Shown here one piece after another: positions 23,954 through 32,000 of a stretch of DNA of 32,000 nt. The notes beneath the pieces were generated by a model. That model was not told the origin of the DNA and made no database searches. It saw only the letters and a program-made list of their open reading frames with translations. The stretch is from Mycobacterium leprae TN (lineage in GTDB: Bacteria > Actinomycetota > Actinomycetes > Mycobacteriales > Mycobacteriaceae). Every line of letters begins with the position of its first letter. Positions within the stretch are counted from its first letter, which is position 1. A program made the position numbers and the translations under genes. The stretch covers positions 3,030,001 to 3,062,000 of the forward strand of contig NC_002677.1 of NCBI RefSeq assembly GCF_000195855.1, read 5' to 3'.

Positions 23954-24750
23954 TTAAATGAAGTACAGCACCGAAATCCGTTCGGCCGCCGGCTGATGCA
24001 GGGTGACCCGATGTTCGGTAGCACGCAGGTAGCCGGCCGTCGCTACCTGAAGCAGCTTGCTGATGTTTACGACTAACACCCCGTCCAGTGGCTCAATGTC
24101 AATCCAGTCCCGGTCCCCATCCTAACCGGAGTAACGACGTATTGGCCACTAGATTCGGCCAGAAGCTAGGGTGAGGACGCCAGCATCTCGGCCGCGCACT
24201 CACACCCTGGGCGGTGGCCATGTGGAGACCAACTTCCTTCCGCCGTGTTTCAGCGGCGGGTGGCCCAACAAAGTCTTTGAGTCGACCACTTCAGGCGGAC
24301 CACCTAACTAACGATACCAGCCAATGTCCGAACAATGCACGCGCCATATCCTACAGCGTACCGGCCCCATTCGCGGATGATCCCGGGCAATGCAGCCGGG
24401 CCACTGCTTGGGGTCCAGCAACCACAGATGTTGCGGCTTACCGAGCCCACATGTATAGGCACACGTTCCAAGGCCGATGTCGATCTGTTCGCATTGAGTC
24501 TACCTCGCCACGGGTAGGCGAGCTATTTGACCACATGCAGCAAACAGCATGGGAACCCCCGGGCCATCGCGGTAGGCGGTGCGAGGTTGGGGTTCTCGAG
24601 CACAGCTGCGGCGGTGTTGGGTGCCGCCGAGCCATGCGCGCCAGAAGGTCATCGGATCGAGGGCAAACGACACGCGCTGCCGTGGCCAGCTGATCGAATC
24701 CAGCGGCAGCAGCAAGCCTGCCAGCTAAGCATCCTCGAACAGGCCGCCTT
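23954..24750 (-). pseudogene. Probable isopenicillin-N-synthase-like 2OG-Fe(II) dioxygenase pseudogene
   Basis: Minus-strand C-terminal frame 'DGDRDWIDIEPLDGVLVVNISKLLQVATAGYLRATEHRVTLHQPAAERISVLYFI*' carries the family pattern (…LVVNIG..L…G.L.AT.HRV……R.S..YF). Upstream coding-like sequence is broken by stops. Start is unresolved. Confidence 0.55.
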
Positions 24751-25216
24751 ACAGTGGACCACTGTTGCCACCGGGGCTGCCGTTGGCATAGGACAATTGG
24801 CCAGTGGCCCTGCTGAGAGGGCTGATCCATGCCGACCTAAGATCTGGGCTCAGGTCGGCATGGGATCGTATTGGTGAGCAATCGAGCGGGTCCGATTACG
24901 CTATAATGACCGGCCGCCGTTACGGGCCGTATGGCAACCCCACCAGCCGGTCGGCAATTTGTCCACCCACTATCAACGCAGATGACATGGATTTCCAGGT
25001 GGTCGCAAAGATCCTAGCCAACCAGTTGGCTGGTTGGTTGACCGGTGCATTGTAACCGACACCGACTTGCGTTGACTTATTTCGATATATCGTTGACCTA
25101 TTTGTTGATCGGGTATATTTTTAATTGAACTATATTGACTGATAATATATTTTATTCGGTGTTACTGGTGGGTAACTTAGTCCGAAGTACCCAACCTCTT
25201 GATGGTTTTCTCGACT

Positions 25217-25222
25217 AGGAGG
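25217..25222 (+). promoter_or_regulatory. Ribosome-binding site of fadE5
   Basis: AGGAGG, 6 nt upstream of GTG at 25229. Confidence 0.85.
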
Positions 25223-25228
25223 ACCGTA

Positions 25229-27064
25229 GTGAGTCACTACAAAAGCAACGTTCGCGACCAGGTTTTTAACCTCTTTGAGGTGTTGGGCGTGGACAAGGCT
25301 TTCGGTACAGACGAGTTCAGCAATCTGGACGCCGACACCGCCTACGAAATGTTGACCGAGGTCAGCCGTCTGGCCGAGGGACCCGTCGCCGCGTCGTTCG
25401 CTGAAGGCGACCGCAACCCACCAGTATTCCACCCCGAAACTCACTCGATCACACTGCCGGAGTCGTTCAAGAAATCCTGCAGGGCGGTGGCCGAAGCCGG
25501 TTGGAGCAAGGCCGGCATCGACGAGGCACTCGGTGGCACGCCGATGCCCAAGGCGCTGTTATGGGCACTGCACGAGCATCTGATGGGCGCCAACCCGGCG
25601 GTGTGGATTTATGCTGGCGGTGCCGGCTTCGCTAACATCCTCTACCACCTCGGCACCGAGAAACAGAAGAAGTGGGCGGTGTGGGCTGCCGAGCGCAATT
25701 GGGGTTCGACCATGGTGCTCACCGAGCCAGATGCCGGTTCGGATGTGGGTGCCGGCCGGACCAAGGCCGTTCATCAGGAAGACGATTCCTGGCACATTGA
25801 TGGGGTCAAGCGATTCATCACCTCGGGTGACTCCGACGACCTATTCGAGAACATCTTCCACCTCGTGCTGGCCCGCCCCGAGGGCGCCGGGCCTGGCACC
25901 AAGGGGCTGTCACTATTCTTCGTGCCCAAGTTCCTGTTCGACTTCGAAACCGGTGAGCTCGGCGAACGCAACGGGGTCTTCGTCACCAACGTCGAGCACA
26001 AGATGGGCCTCAAGGTGTCTGCCACTTGTGAGCTGTCCTTTGGCCAGCACGGCGTGCCCGCTAAGGGCTGGCTGGTCGGCGATGTGCACGATGGCATAGC
26101 GCAGATGTTTGAGGTCATCGAGCAGGCACGCATGATGGTCGGCACCAAGGCGATTGCTACCCTGTCGACCGGCTATCTGAACGCGCTGGAATACGCAAAG
26201 TCCCGCGTGCAGGGCGCCGACCTGACCCAAATGACCGACAAGACCGCACCGCGGGTAACCATCACGCATCACCCTGATGTGCGCCGGTCGCTAATGACTC
26301 AAAAGGCCTACGCCGAAGGTCTGCGAGCGCTGTACCTCTACACAGCCACGTTCCAGGATGCAGCAGTGGCCGAAGCGGTGCACGGCGTGGACGCCAAGCT
26401 GGCGGTCAAGATCAACGACCTGATGCTGCCGTTAGTCAAAGGGGTGGGCTCCGAGCAGGCCTACGCGAAACTCACTGAGAGCCTGCAGACCCTCGGTGGT
26501 TCGGGCTTCCTCCAAGACTACCCGATTGAGCAATACATCCGCGACGCGAAAATTGACTCGCTGTACGAAGGCACCACCGCCATCCAGGCGCAGGACTTTT
26601 TCTTCCGCAAGATCGTCCGCGACAAGGGCGTGGCACTGTCCTATGTGTCGGGACAAATCCAGCAATTCGTCGACAGCGAGACTGGTAACGGTCGGCTGAA
26701 AAGCGAACGCGAACTGCTGGCCAAGGCCCTAACCGACATCCAGGGGATGGAAGCCTCACTGACCGGCTATCTGATGGCAGCTCAGCAAGACGTCACCAGC
26801 TTGTACAAGGTGGGTCTGGGGTCGGTGCGCTTCCTAATGAGCGTCGGTGACCTGATCATCGGCTGGTTGCTGCAGCGCCAGGCCGCGGTGGCGGTGCAGG
26901 CACTCGATGCCGGCGCTAGCAGCGCTGAGCGTTCCTTCTACGAAGGCAAAGTCGCGGTGTCGTCATTCTTCGCGAAAAACTTCTTGCCACTGTTGACCAG
27001 CACTCGCGAAGTGCTTGAGGTGCTGGACAACGACATCATGGAGCTTGACGAAGCCGCCTTCTAG
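25229..27064 (+). CDS. fadE5: Acyl-CoA dehydrogenase FadE5
   Basis: Uninterrupted ORF: '[24 protein letters not shown]', '[22 protein letters not shown]', '[24 protein letters not shown]', '[56 protein letters not shown]'. The ORF track start at 25199 (TTG) is probably too far upstream; GTG 25229 has an AGGAGG. Confidence 0.95.
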   Translation: MSHYKSNVRDQVFNLFEVLGVDKAFGTDEFSNLDADTAYEMLTEVSRLAEGPVAASFAEGDRNPPVFHPETHSITLPESFKKSCRAVAEAGWSKAGIDEALGGTPMPKALLWALHEHLMGANPAVWIYAGGAGFANILYHLGTEKQKKWAVWAAERNWGSTMVLTEPDAGSDVGAGRTKAVHQEDDSWHIDGVKRFITSGDSDDLFENIFHLVLARPEGAGPGTKGLSLFFVPKFLFDFETGELGERNGVFVTNVEHKMGLKVSATCELSFGQHGVPAKGWLVGDVHDGIAQMFEVIEQARMMVGTKAIATLSTGYLNALEYAKSRVQGADLTQMTDKTAPRVTITHHPDVRRSLMTQKAYAEGLRALYLYTATFQDAAVAEAVHGVDAKLAVKINDLMLPLVKGVGSEQAYAKLTESLQTLGGSGFLQDYPIEQYIRDAKIDSLYEGTTAIQAQDFFFRKIVRDKGVALSYVSGQIQQFVDSETGNGRLKSERELLAKALTDIQGMEASLTGYLMAAQQDVTSLYKVGLGSVRFLMSVGDLIIGWLLQRQAAVAVQALDAGASSAERSFYEGKVAVSSFFAKNFLPLLTSTREVLEVLDNDIMELDEAAF

Positions 27065-27087
27065 TAGTCGATGACAAGCGGAACTGC

Positions 27088-27123
27088 AAGGTCCCCCGCT
27101 TCAACGTTGAAGCGGGGGACCTT
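27088..27123. terminator. Perfect 36-bp palindrome, probable intrinsic-type terminator of fadE5
   Basis: AAGGTCCCCCGCTTCAAC|GTTGAAGCGGGGGACCTT, beginning 24 bp after the fadE5 ORF end. There is no U-tract, as is common for mycobacterial terminators. Confidence 0.7.
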
Positions 27124-27485
27124 AAGTCCGGTAGTCGCTAAATATTAATCCAGTAGTTACCGTATATTAACGGTATATTAACCGTAGTCACTATATATAT
27201 ATTAATTCTTCTCTAAAAAGATATTAAGTTTTCTCTAAAAGAATAAAGACGGTGTCGGATCCCCTCGCTCCAACAACGGCCTGTTCGGGCGCCCGGTCTG
27301 CGTCGACTGACCAGCGATCGACCCAAGCATCCCCCGTCTTGCTGTCTGGATCGGGGATTCAATCAGACACGGAAGCCCTCCCAGCCATCGAATATCCATC
27401 TAGCGTAAGGACCAACCGCGCAGCACAAAATTCTCGCGCCACCGCCGGTCATCGCTTCGTGGTTAGGTCAGCTGGTGACCTGACA

Positions 27486-28832
27486 TCAAGCCTCCAGAAT
27501 CACAGCTACACCTTGGCCGCCGGCGGCACAGACCGAAATCAAAGCCCGCATCGGCCCGCAACCTTTTTGCGTTGCCTTCTGCTCAGCAAGTTGTTTTGCA
27601 GTCTGAACAAGGATACGTCCACCCGTGGCAGCAAAGGGATGACCGGCAGCCAATGATGAACCATTGACATTGAGCTTGGACCGGTCGATCGGGCCAAGAG
27701 CGGTATCGAGGCCCAGACACTGCCGGCAATACTCCTCGGACTCCCACGCCTGCAAATGCGCCAGCACCACCGAGGCAAATGCCTCGTGAATTTCGTAGAA
27801 GTCGAAATCCTGAAAGCTCAGCCCGTTGCGGGCTAACAGCCGAGGTACCGCGTAAGTCGGCGCCATCAGCAGGCCGTCATTTCCGCTGACGTAATCAACC
27901 GCGGCGATCTCCGCATCTACCCAGTAAGCAAACGGGGTCAACGAATGCGCAGCAACCCATTGCTCGGTGGCGAGCAACGCTACCGAAGCGCCGTCGGTCA
28001 GCGAAGTAGAATTTCCCGCCGTCATCGTCGCATCACCGGCCTGAACTCCGAAAACCGGGCGCAACGTGGCTAACTTTTCCACATGAGAGTTGGGCCGTAG
28101 ATTGTCATCGCGGTAGAGCCCCAGAAACGGCGTGACCAGATCGTCGAAGAAGCCCCGATCGTAAGCGGAGGCCATATTGCGATGGCTAGCGGCAGCCAGC
28201 TCGTCTTGATCGACCCGCTTGATCCCCATTTTCTTGGCGGTGATGGCGGCGTGTTCTCCCATGGACAGCCCAGTGCGGGGCTCACTGTTGGCGGGGATTT
28301 CGACCCCGATATTGGCAGGCAATGCGCCCACCAGCTTCAGCCGTTGCACGTTGGATTTGGATCGGCGCAGCTTCAGCAGGTTGCGGCGCAGGTTGTCACC
28401 CAGGCTGATCGGCACGTCCGAAGTGGTGTCGACTCCGCCGGCAACGGCCACCTCATAGCGGCCAGCTGCAATGCCATCAGCTGCCACAATCGCCGCCTGC
28501 AGACCAGTTGCACAAGCCTGCTGCAGGTCGAACGCAGGTGTGTATGGCGACAGTTGCGACCCCAACACGCATTCACGCATCAGGTTGAAGTCGCGGCTGT
28601 GCTTGAGCACAGCACCGCCGATCACCATGTCCAATCGTTCGCCGGCCAGCCCGAATCGGTCCACCAGACCACTTAGAGCCGCGGAGAACATGTCCTGGTT
28701 GGACGCTTCGGCATAGGCGCCATTTGATCTCGCGAACGGGATCCTATTGCCGCCCAACACGGCGACTCTTTGCTTAGCGAACGTGGTCCTCTGAATAGTC
28801 TTGTCACTTGCCACAGAACTTGCAGGGGCCAC
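27486..28832 (-). CDS. fadA2: Acetyl-CoA acyltransferase / thiolase FadA2
   Basis: Uninterrupted ORF: 'RVAVLGGNRIPFARSNGAYAEASNQDMFSAALSGLVDRFGL', 'FDLQQACATGLQAAI', 'EIHEAFASVVLAHL', 'LNVNGSSLAAGHPFAATGGRI', 'SVCAAGGQGVA'. The track start is 28859. GTG at 28832 preceded by GGAGA gives VAPASS..., which matches the family N-terminus better. Confidence 0.93.
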   Translation of the reverse strand: MAPASSVASDKTIQRTTFAKQRVAVLGGNRIPFARSNGAYAEASNQDMFSAALSGLVDRFGLAGERLDMVIGGAVLKHSRDFNLMRECVLGSQLSPYTPAFDLQQACATGLQAAIVAADGIAAGRYEVAVAGGVDTTSDVPISLGDNLRRNLLKLRRSKSNVQRLKLVGALPANIGVEIPANSEPRTGLSMGEHAAITAKKMGIKRVDQDELAAASHRNMASAYDRGFFDDLVTPFLGLYRDDNLRPNSHVEKLATLRPVFGVQAGDATMTAGNSTSLTDGASVALLATEQWVAAHSLTPFAYWVDAEIAAVDYVSGNDGLLMAPTYAVPRLLARNGLSFQDFDFYEIHEAFASVVLAHLQAWESEEYCRQCLGLDTALGPIDRSKLNVNGSSLAAGHPFAATGGRILVQTAKQLAEQKATQKGCGPMRALISVCAAGGQGVAVILEA

Positions 28833-28963
28833 TTGTAATCTCCGTGTCTCTCCGAGCATATCAGTTAGGGGATAAGCTGTTGGGAGTCACACTACCCGCT
28901 GTTCTTACTCTCAAGTAAGTTTATTTACCTCGATAAGGTTTGGCTTAAACGGAAGGCAGCTCA

Positions 28964-30328
28964 GTGGCCCCCAAGTGCTCATCGGATCTGTTCTCACAGA
29001 TTGTCAGCTCCGGTCCGGGATCGTTTGTGGCGAAACAACTTGGCGTTCCGCGGCCCGAAACACTTCGACGCTACCGGCCGAGCGATGCACCGCTATGCGG
29101 ATCCCTGCTAATCGGCGGTGACGGCAGGCTGGTAGAGCCGTTGCGTGCGACGCTAGAAAAGGACTACGACCTGGTAAGTAACAACCTGGGCGGTCGTTGG
29201 ACCGACTCATTCGGCGGGCTCGTCTTCGACGCCACCGGTATTACAGCGCCGGCCGAGCTTAAAGGACTGCACAACTTTTTCACTCCCCTACTGCGCAATC
29301 TTGGCCGCTGTGCACGCGTCGTGGTCATCGGCACGACACCCGACGCGACCACCAGCACCGACGAACGAATCGCGCAGCGCGCGTTGGAGGGTTTCAGCCG
29401 CTCACTGGGCAAGGAATTGCGCCGCGGCGCCACCGTGGCGCTGGTGTATCTATCACCGGACGCCAAACCGGCCGCCACGGGCCTGGAGTCCACCATGCGG
29501 TTCATCCTGTCGGCCAAGTCGGCCTACGTCAACGGCCAGGTTTTCTATGTCGGGGCAGCCGACTCCACCCCACCGACCAATTGGGACCGGCCGCTGGAGA
29601 ACAAGGTAGCCATCGTGACCGGTGCCGCACGCGGTATCGGCGCGGCCATCGCCGAGGTGGTCGCCAGGGATGGCGCCCGGGTCGTCGCGATCGACGTGGA
29701 ATCCGCAGCTGAGGCGCTGGATGAAACCGCCAATCGGGTCGGTGGCACCACACTGTCACTCGACGTCACCGCGGATGATGCCGTCGACAAAATCACCGAG
29801 CACCTACATGACTATCAAGGCGGGCACGCCGACATCTTGGTCAACAACGCTGGTATCACCCGTGACAAACTGTTGGCCAACATGGACGATTGCAGATGGG
29901 ATGCCGTCTTGGAAGTCAATCTTCTTGCCCCGCAACGTCTTACCGAAGGATTAGTCGGGAACGGCAGCATAAGCAAAGGCGGTAGGGTGATCGTCCTGTC
30001 GTCAATGGCCGGCATTGCGGGCAACCGCGGTCAGACGAACTACGCCACCGCTAAGGCCGGGGTGATTGGTCTCACCCAAGCACTAGCACCGGGACTGGCC
30101 GAGAAGGGCATCACGATCAACGCCGTCGCACCGGGATTCATCGAAACTCAAATGACGGCAGCTATCCCGCTGGCCACCCGCGAGGTAGGACGCCGACTGA
30201 ACTCGTTGCTGCAGGGTGGCCTGCCCGTAGATGTTGCTGAGACCATTGCCTACTTCGCTATACCGGCGTCCAACGCGGTGACAGGAAACGTTATTCGTGT
30301 ATGTGGCCAGGCAATGCTCGGTGCATGA
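28964..30328 (+). CDS. fabG4: 3-oxoacyl-ACP reductase FabG4 (SDR family, high-molecular-weight type)
   Basis: Uninterrupted 454-aa ORF from GTG: '[20 protein letters not shown]', Rossmann motif '[19 protein letters not shown]', '[12 protein letters not shown]', catalytic '[28 protein letters not shown]', '[31 protein letters not shown]'. Confidence 0.95.
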   Translation: MAPKCSSDLFSQIVSSGPGSFVAKQLGVPRPETLRRYRPSDAPLCGSLLIGGDGRLVEPLRATLEKDYDLVSNNLGGRWTDSFGGLVFDATGITAPAELKGLHNFFTPLLRNLGRCARVVVIGTTPDATTSTDERIAQRALEGFSRSLGKELRRGATVALVYLSPDAKPAATGLESTMRFILSAKSAYVNGQVFYVGAADSTPPTNWDRPLENKVAIVTGAARGIGAAIAEVVARDGARVVAIDVESAAEALDETANRVGGTTLSLDVTADDAVDKITEHLHDYQGGHADILVNNAGITRDKLLANMDDCRWDAVLEVNLLAPQRLTEGLVGNGSISKGGRVIVLSSMAGIAGNRGQTNYATAKAGVIGLTQALAPGLAEKGITINAVAPGFIETQMTAAIPLATREVGRRLNSLLQGGLPVDVAETIAYFAIPASNAVTGNVIRVCGQAMLGA

Positions 30329-31428
30329 CCTCACCGAATCGTTCCACCCGACGCTAAAACGAAAATCTCTGTGCGAAAACACTTACACCAACATAGTCAG
30401 ATCAACCAAATGCTATGATAATTTGGCTGATAATATCGCTTATCATGCATCCTCCTATCGTGGCAGCTGTATAACAAATCATAGTGACCAAAATTTATGG
30501 TAGTCAGTGATATTAATGGAGATGCCAACGCTATTGCATTGGCTGATCAAAAGTTGTCAAATTACGCGTGCCACGGTGCAGTCAAACTTTTGAGGCTTCT
30601 TACGGCTTTGCAAAGCAGAATATTGCGACATCCAAAGGGTCGTAATAATATCCAAAGAAGTTTGTCGTACCCAATAGAGCAGTGCTGACATCATCGCTAA
30701 GACTCACCAAGATTGCGGACAATTCAACGAATACGAGCTCCTCATACCTTTTCCATTGGATGTAATCGTACCAACACCCCGATTCCACCTGCCTGTGCGG
30801 AATCCTAGCGTTGGTGGCTACGCGCTTCACCATGTTGCTTGCTAGACGTCTCTTAAAGGATGTAGAGAGAAAAAGAAGAAGACAGCAGGTGTCGTCGTTG
30901 CCATGATATCCGGGTCCGGACGGTATAACAGCCGCGAAGAAGAGCTTCGGCGGGATCTTAAGTGCCAGAAAGGAAAAACTTACCACGTGCCAAATTGGAT
31001 ATAGGCTGGGTCGGTGACTGATTGCATGATTTCCTCCGCTGCTGTTTCTCTTCAGGGATCGGAAACCTTAAGTGGTACTTAACTATTTGTGCATCAGTCC
31101 GCTGAGTTGACTAGCACTCTCACTCCAGAAGAACATTGAAACGGCTTGGTGACGGAGTCTCTGATCATGCAAAAGAGTTTCCCTCCAAAATCCTAGAAAT
31201 GCCAAACCAATTCGGTTACCCCGTGAGGATATGTACGCATACCTTACGGATCCGCAAGGACCCTTGGTACACACCCAATGTCAACACCCTGCACAACCTC
31301 GGGTCATATATAATATTGGTGTATGATACTGATGTCATCGAAATTGCCTTCTTGAAGGCTGAACGAACTTGACATTCGGATTCGTCTTACGACGGTTAAG
31401 AAGGCATTTTTCCGTCAAGGAGAACACA

Positions 31429-32000
31429 GTGAACCAGCCAAGCGGCTTGAAGAATATTTTGCGCGCGATCGTCGGGGCATTACCACTTCTGCCCCGGACA
31501 GACCAGCTGCCCAGCCGGACGGTGACCATCGAAGAACTACCCATCGACCACACGAACGTGTCGGCCTATGCGTCGGTTACCGGTCTACGGTACGGCAATC
31601 ACGTGCCGCTGACATACCCGTTCGCGTTGACTTTTCCCGCTATGATGTCCCTGGTGACTGGATTCGACTTCCCCTTCGCCGCAATGGGATCAGTACATAC
31701 AGAGAATCACATCACGCAGTACCGGCCGATCGCTGTGACCGACGTCGTCGGTGTGCAAGTGCATGCCGAGAACCTCCGCGAACACAGAAAGGGCCTGCTG
31801 GTAGACTTAGTTACCGACGTCAGCGTCGGTAACGACACCGCGTGGCATCAGGTGACTACCTTCCTACACCTGCAACGCACCAGCTTGTCCGACGAGCCCA
31901 AACCACCGTCCCAGAAACAGCCCAAACTTCTCCCTCCGAGCGCTGTACTGCAGATCACCCCCAGGCAAATCCGCCGCTACGCCGCTGTCGGCGGTGACCA
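31429..32000 (+). CDS. htdX: MaoC-like / hotdog (3R)-hydroxyacyl-thioester dehydratase, HtdX-like, 5' part (continues beyond window)
   Basis: GTG at 31429 with AAGGAG just upstream gives an open frame to the window end: 'NQPSGLKNILRAIVGALPLLPRTDQLPSRTVTIEELPIDHTNVSAYASVTGLRYGNHVPLTYPFALTFPAMMSLVTGFDFPFAAMGSVHTENHITQYRPI...QPKLLPPSAVLQITPRQIRRYAAVGGD'. Absent from the ORF track, presumably because it has no stop in the window. Confidence 0.9.
   Translation, partial: MNQPSGLKNILRAIVGALPLLPRTDQLPSRTVTIEELPIDHTNVSAYASVTGLRYGNHVPLTYPFALTFPAMMSLVTGFDFPFAAMGSVHTENHITQYRPIAVTDVVGVQVHAENLREHRKGLLVDLVTDVSVGNDTAWHQVTTFLHLQRTSLSDEPKPPSQKQPKLLPPSAVLQITPRQIRRYAAVGGD

Noticed and set aside
25559-26759. Minus and alternate-frame ORFs inside fadE5 (e.g. 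25611..26099, 25774..26148, 26472..26759)
   Set aside because: They fully overlap the intact fadE5 frame, and their arginine/serine-rich composition is typical of off-frame translation.
28182-28716. Plus-strand ORFs opposite fadA2, including the 164-aa 28182..28676
   Set aside because: Shadow ORFs of the intact thiolase, with no recognisable motif or RBS.
30600-30986. 128-aa minus-strand ORF in the AT-rich fabG4-htdX gap as a possible novel protein
   Set aside because: No motif, no convincing RBS, and ORFs of this length are expected by chance. It is mentioned only as part of the unexplained segment.

Overview
The gene content points to a reductively evolving, leprosy-bacillus-type Mycobacterium (M. 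leprae / M. lepromatosis / M. uberis group). Species is not resolvable from sequence alone. Gene order is a contiguous, reversed equivalent of the M. tuberculosis Rv0241c-Rv0272c interval. Gene identities rest on remembered mycobacterial protein sequences and family motifs, not on a database search.

Intact-looking genes: fadD2, an Rv0264c/Rv0263c pair (KipI/KipA = PxpB/PxpC-like), an AAC(2')-I acetyltransferase, an Rv0250c-like small protein, an Rv0245-like flavin reductase, fadE5, fadA2, fabG4, and the 5' end of an htdX-like MaoC/hotdog gene that starts with GTG and runs off the window. The supplied ORF track misses the last of these.

The rest is mostly decayed coding sequence that can be read across frameshifts and stops: alpha/beta hydrolase, fadE6, LigD-type polymerase (Rv0269c-like), siderophore-binding lipoprotein (Rv0265c-like, with an internal deletion), two narK-family transporters flanking an IS110-family transposase remnant, nirD, nirB, hsp20, the full Sdh1-type succinate dehydrogenase operon (Rv0249c-Rv0247c), and a probable isopenicillin-N-synthase-like 2OG-Fe(II) dioxygenase with no counterpart that I recall at this position in M. 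tuberculosis.

I found no CRISPR array, tRNA, rRNA or recognisable defence system, and no convincing previously undescribed system. The items most worth a second look are the dioxygenase remnant, the narK/IS110/narK arrangement, the ~1.1 kb AT-rich segment splitting fabG4 from htdX, a perfect 36-bp palindrome after fadE5, and small repeats or palindromes in fatty-acid gene promoters.
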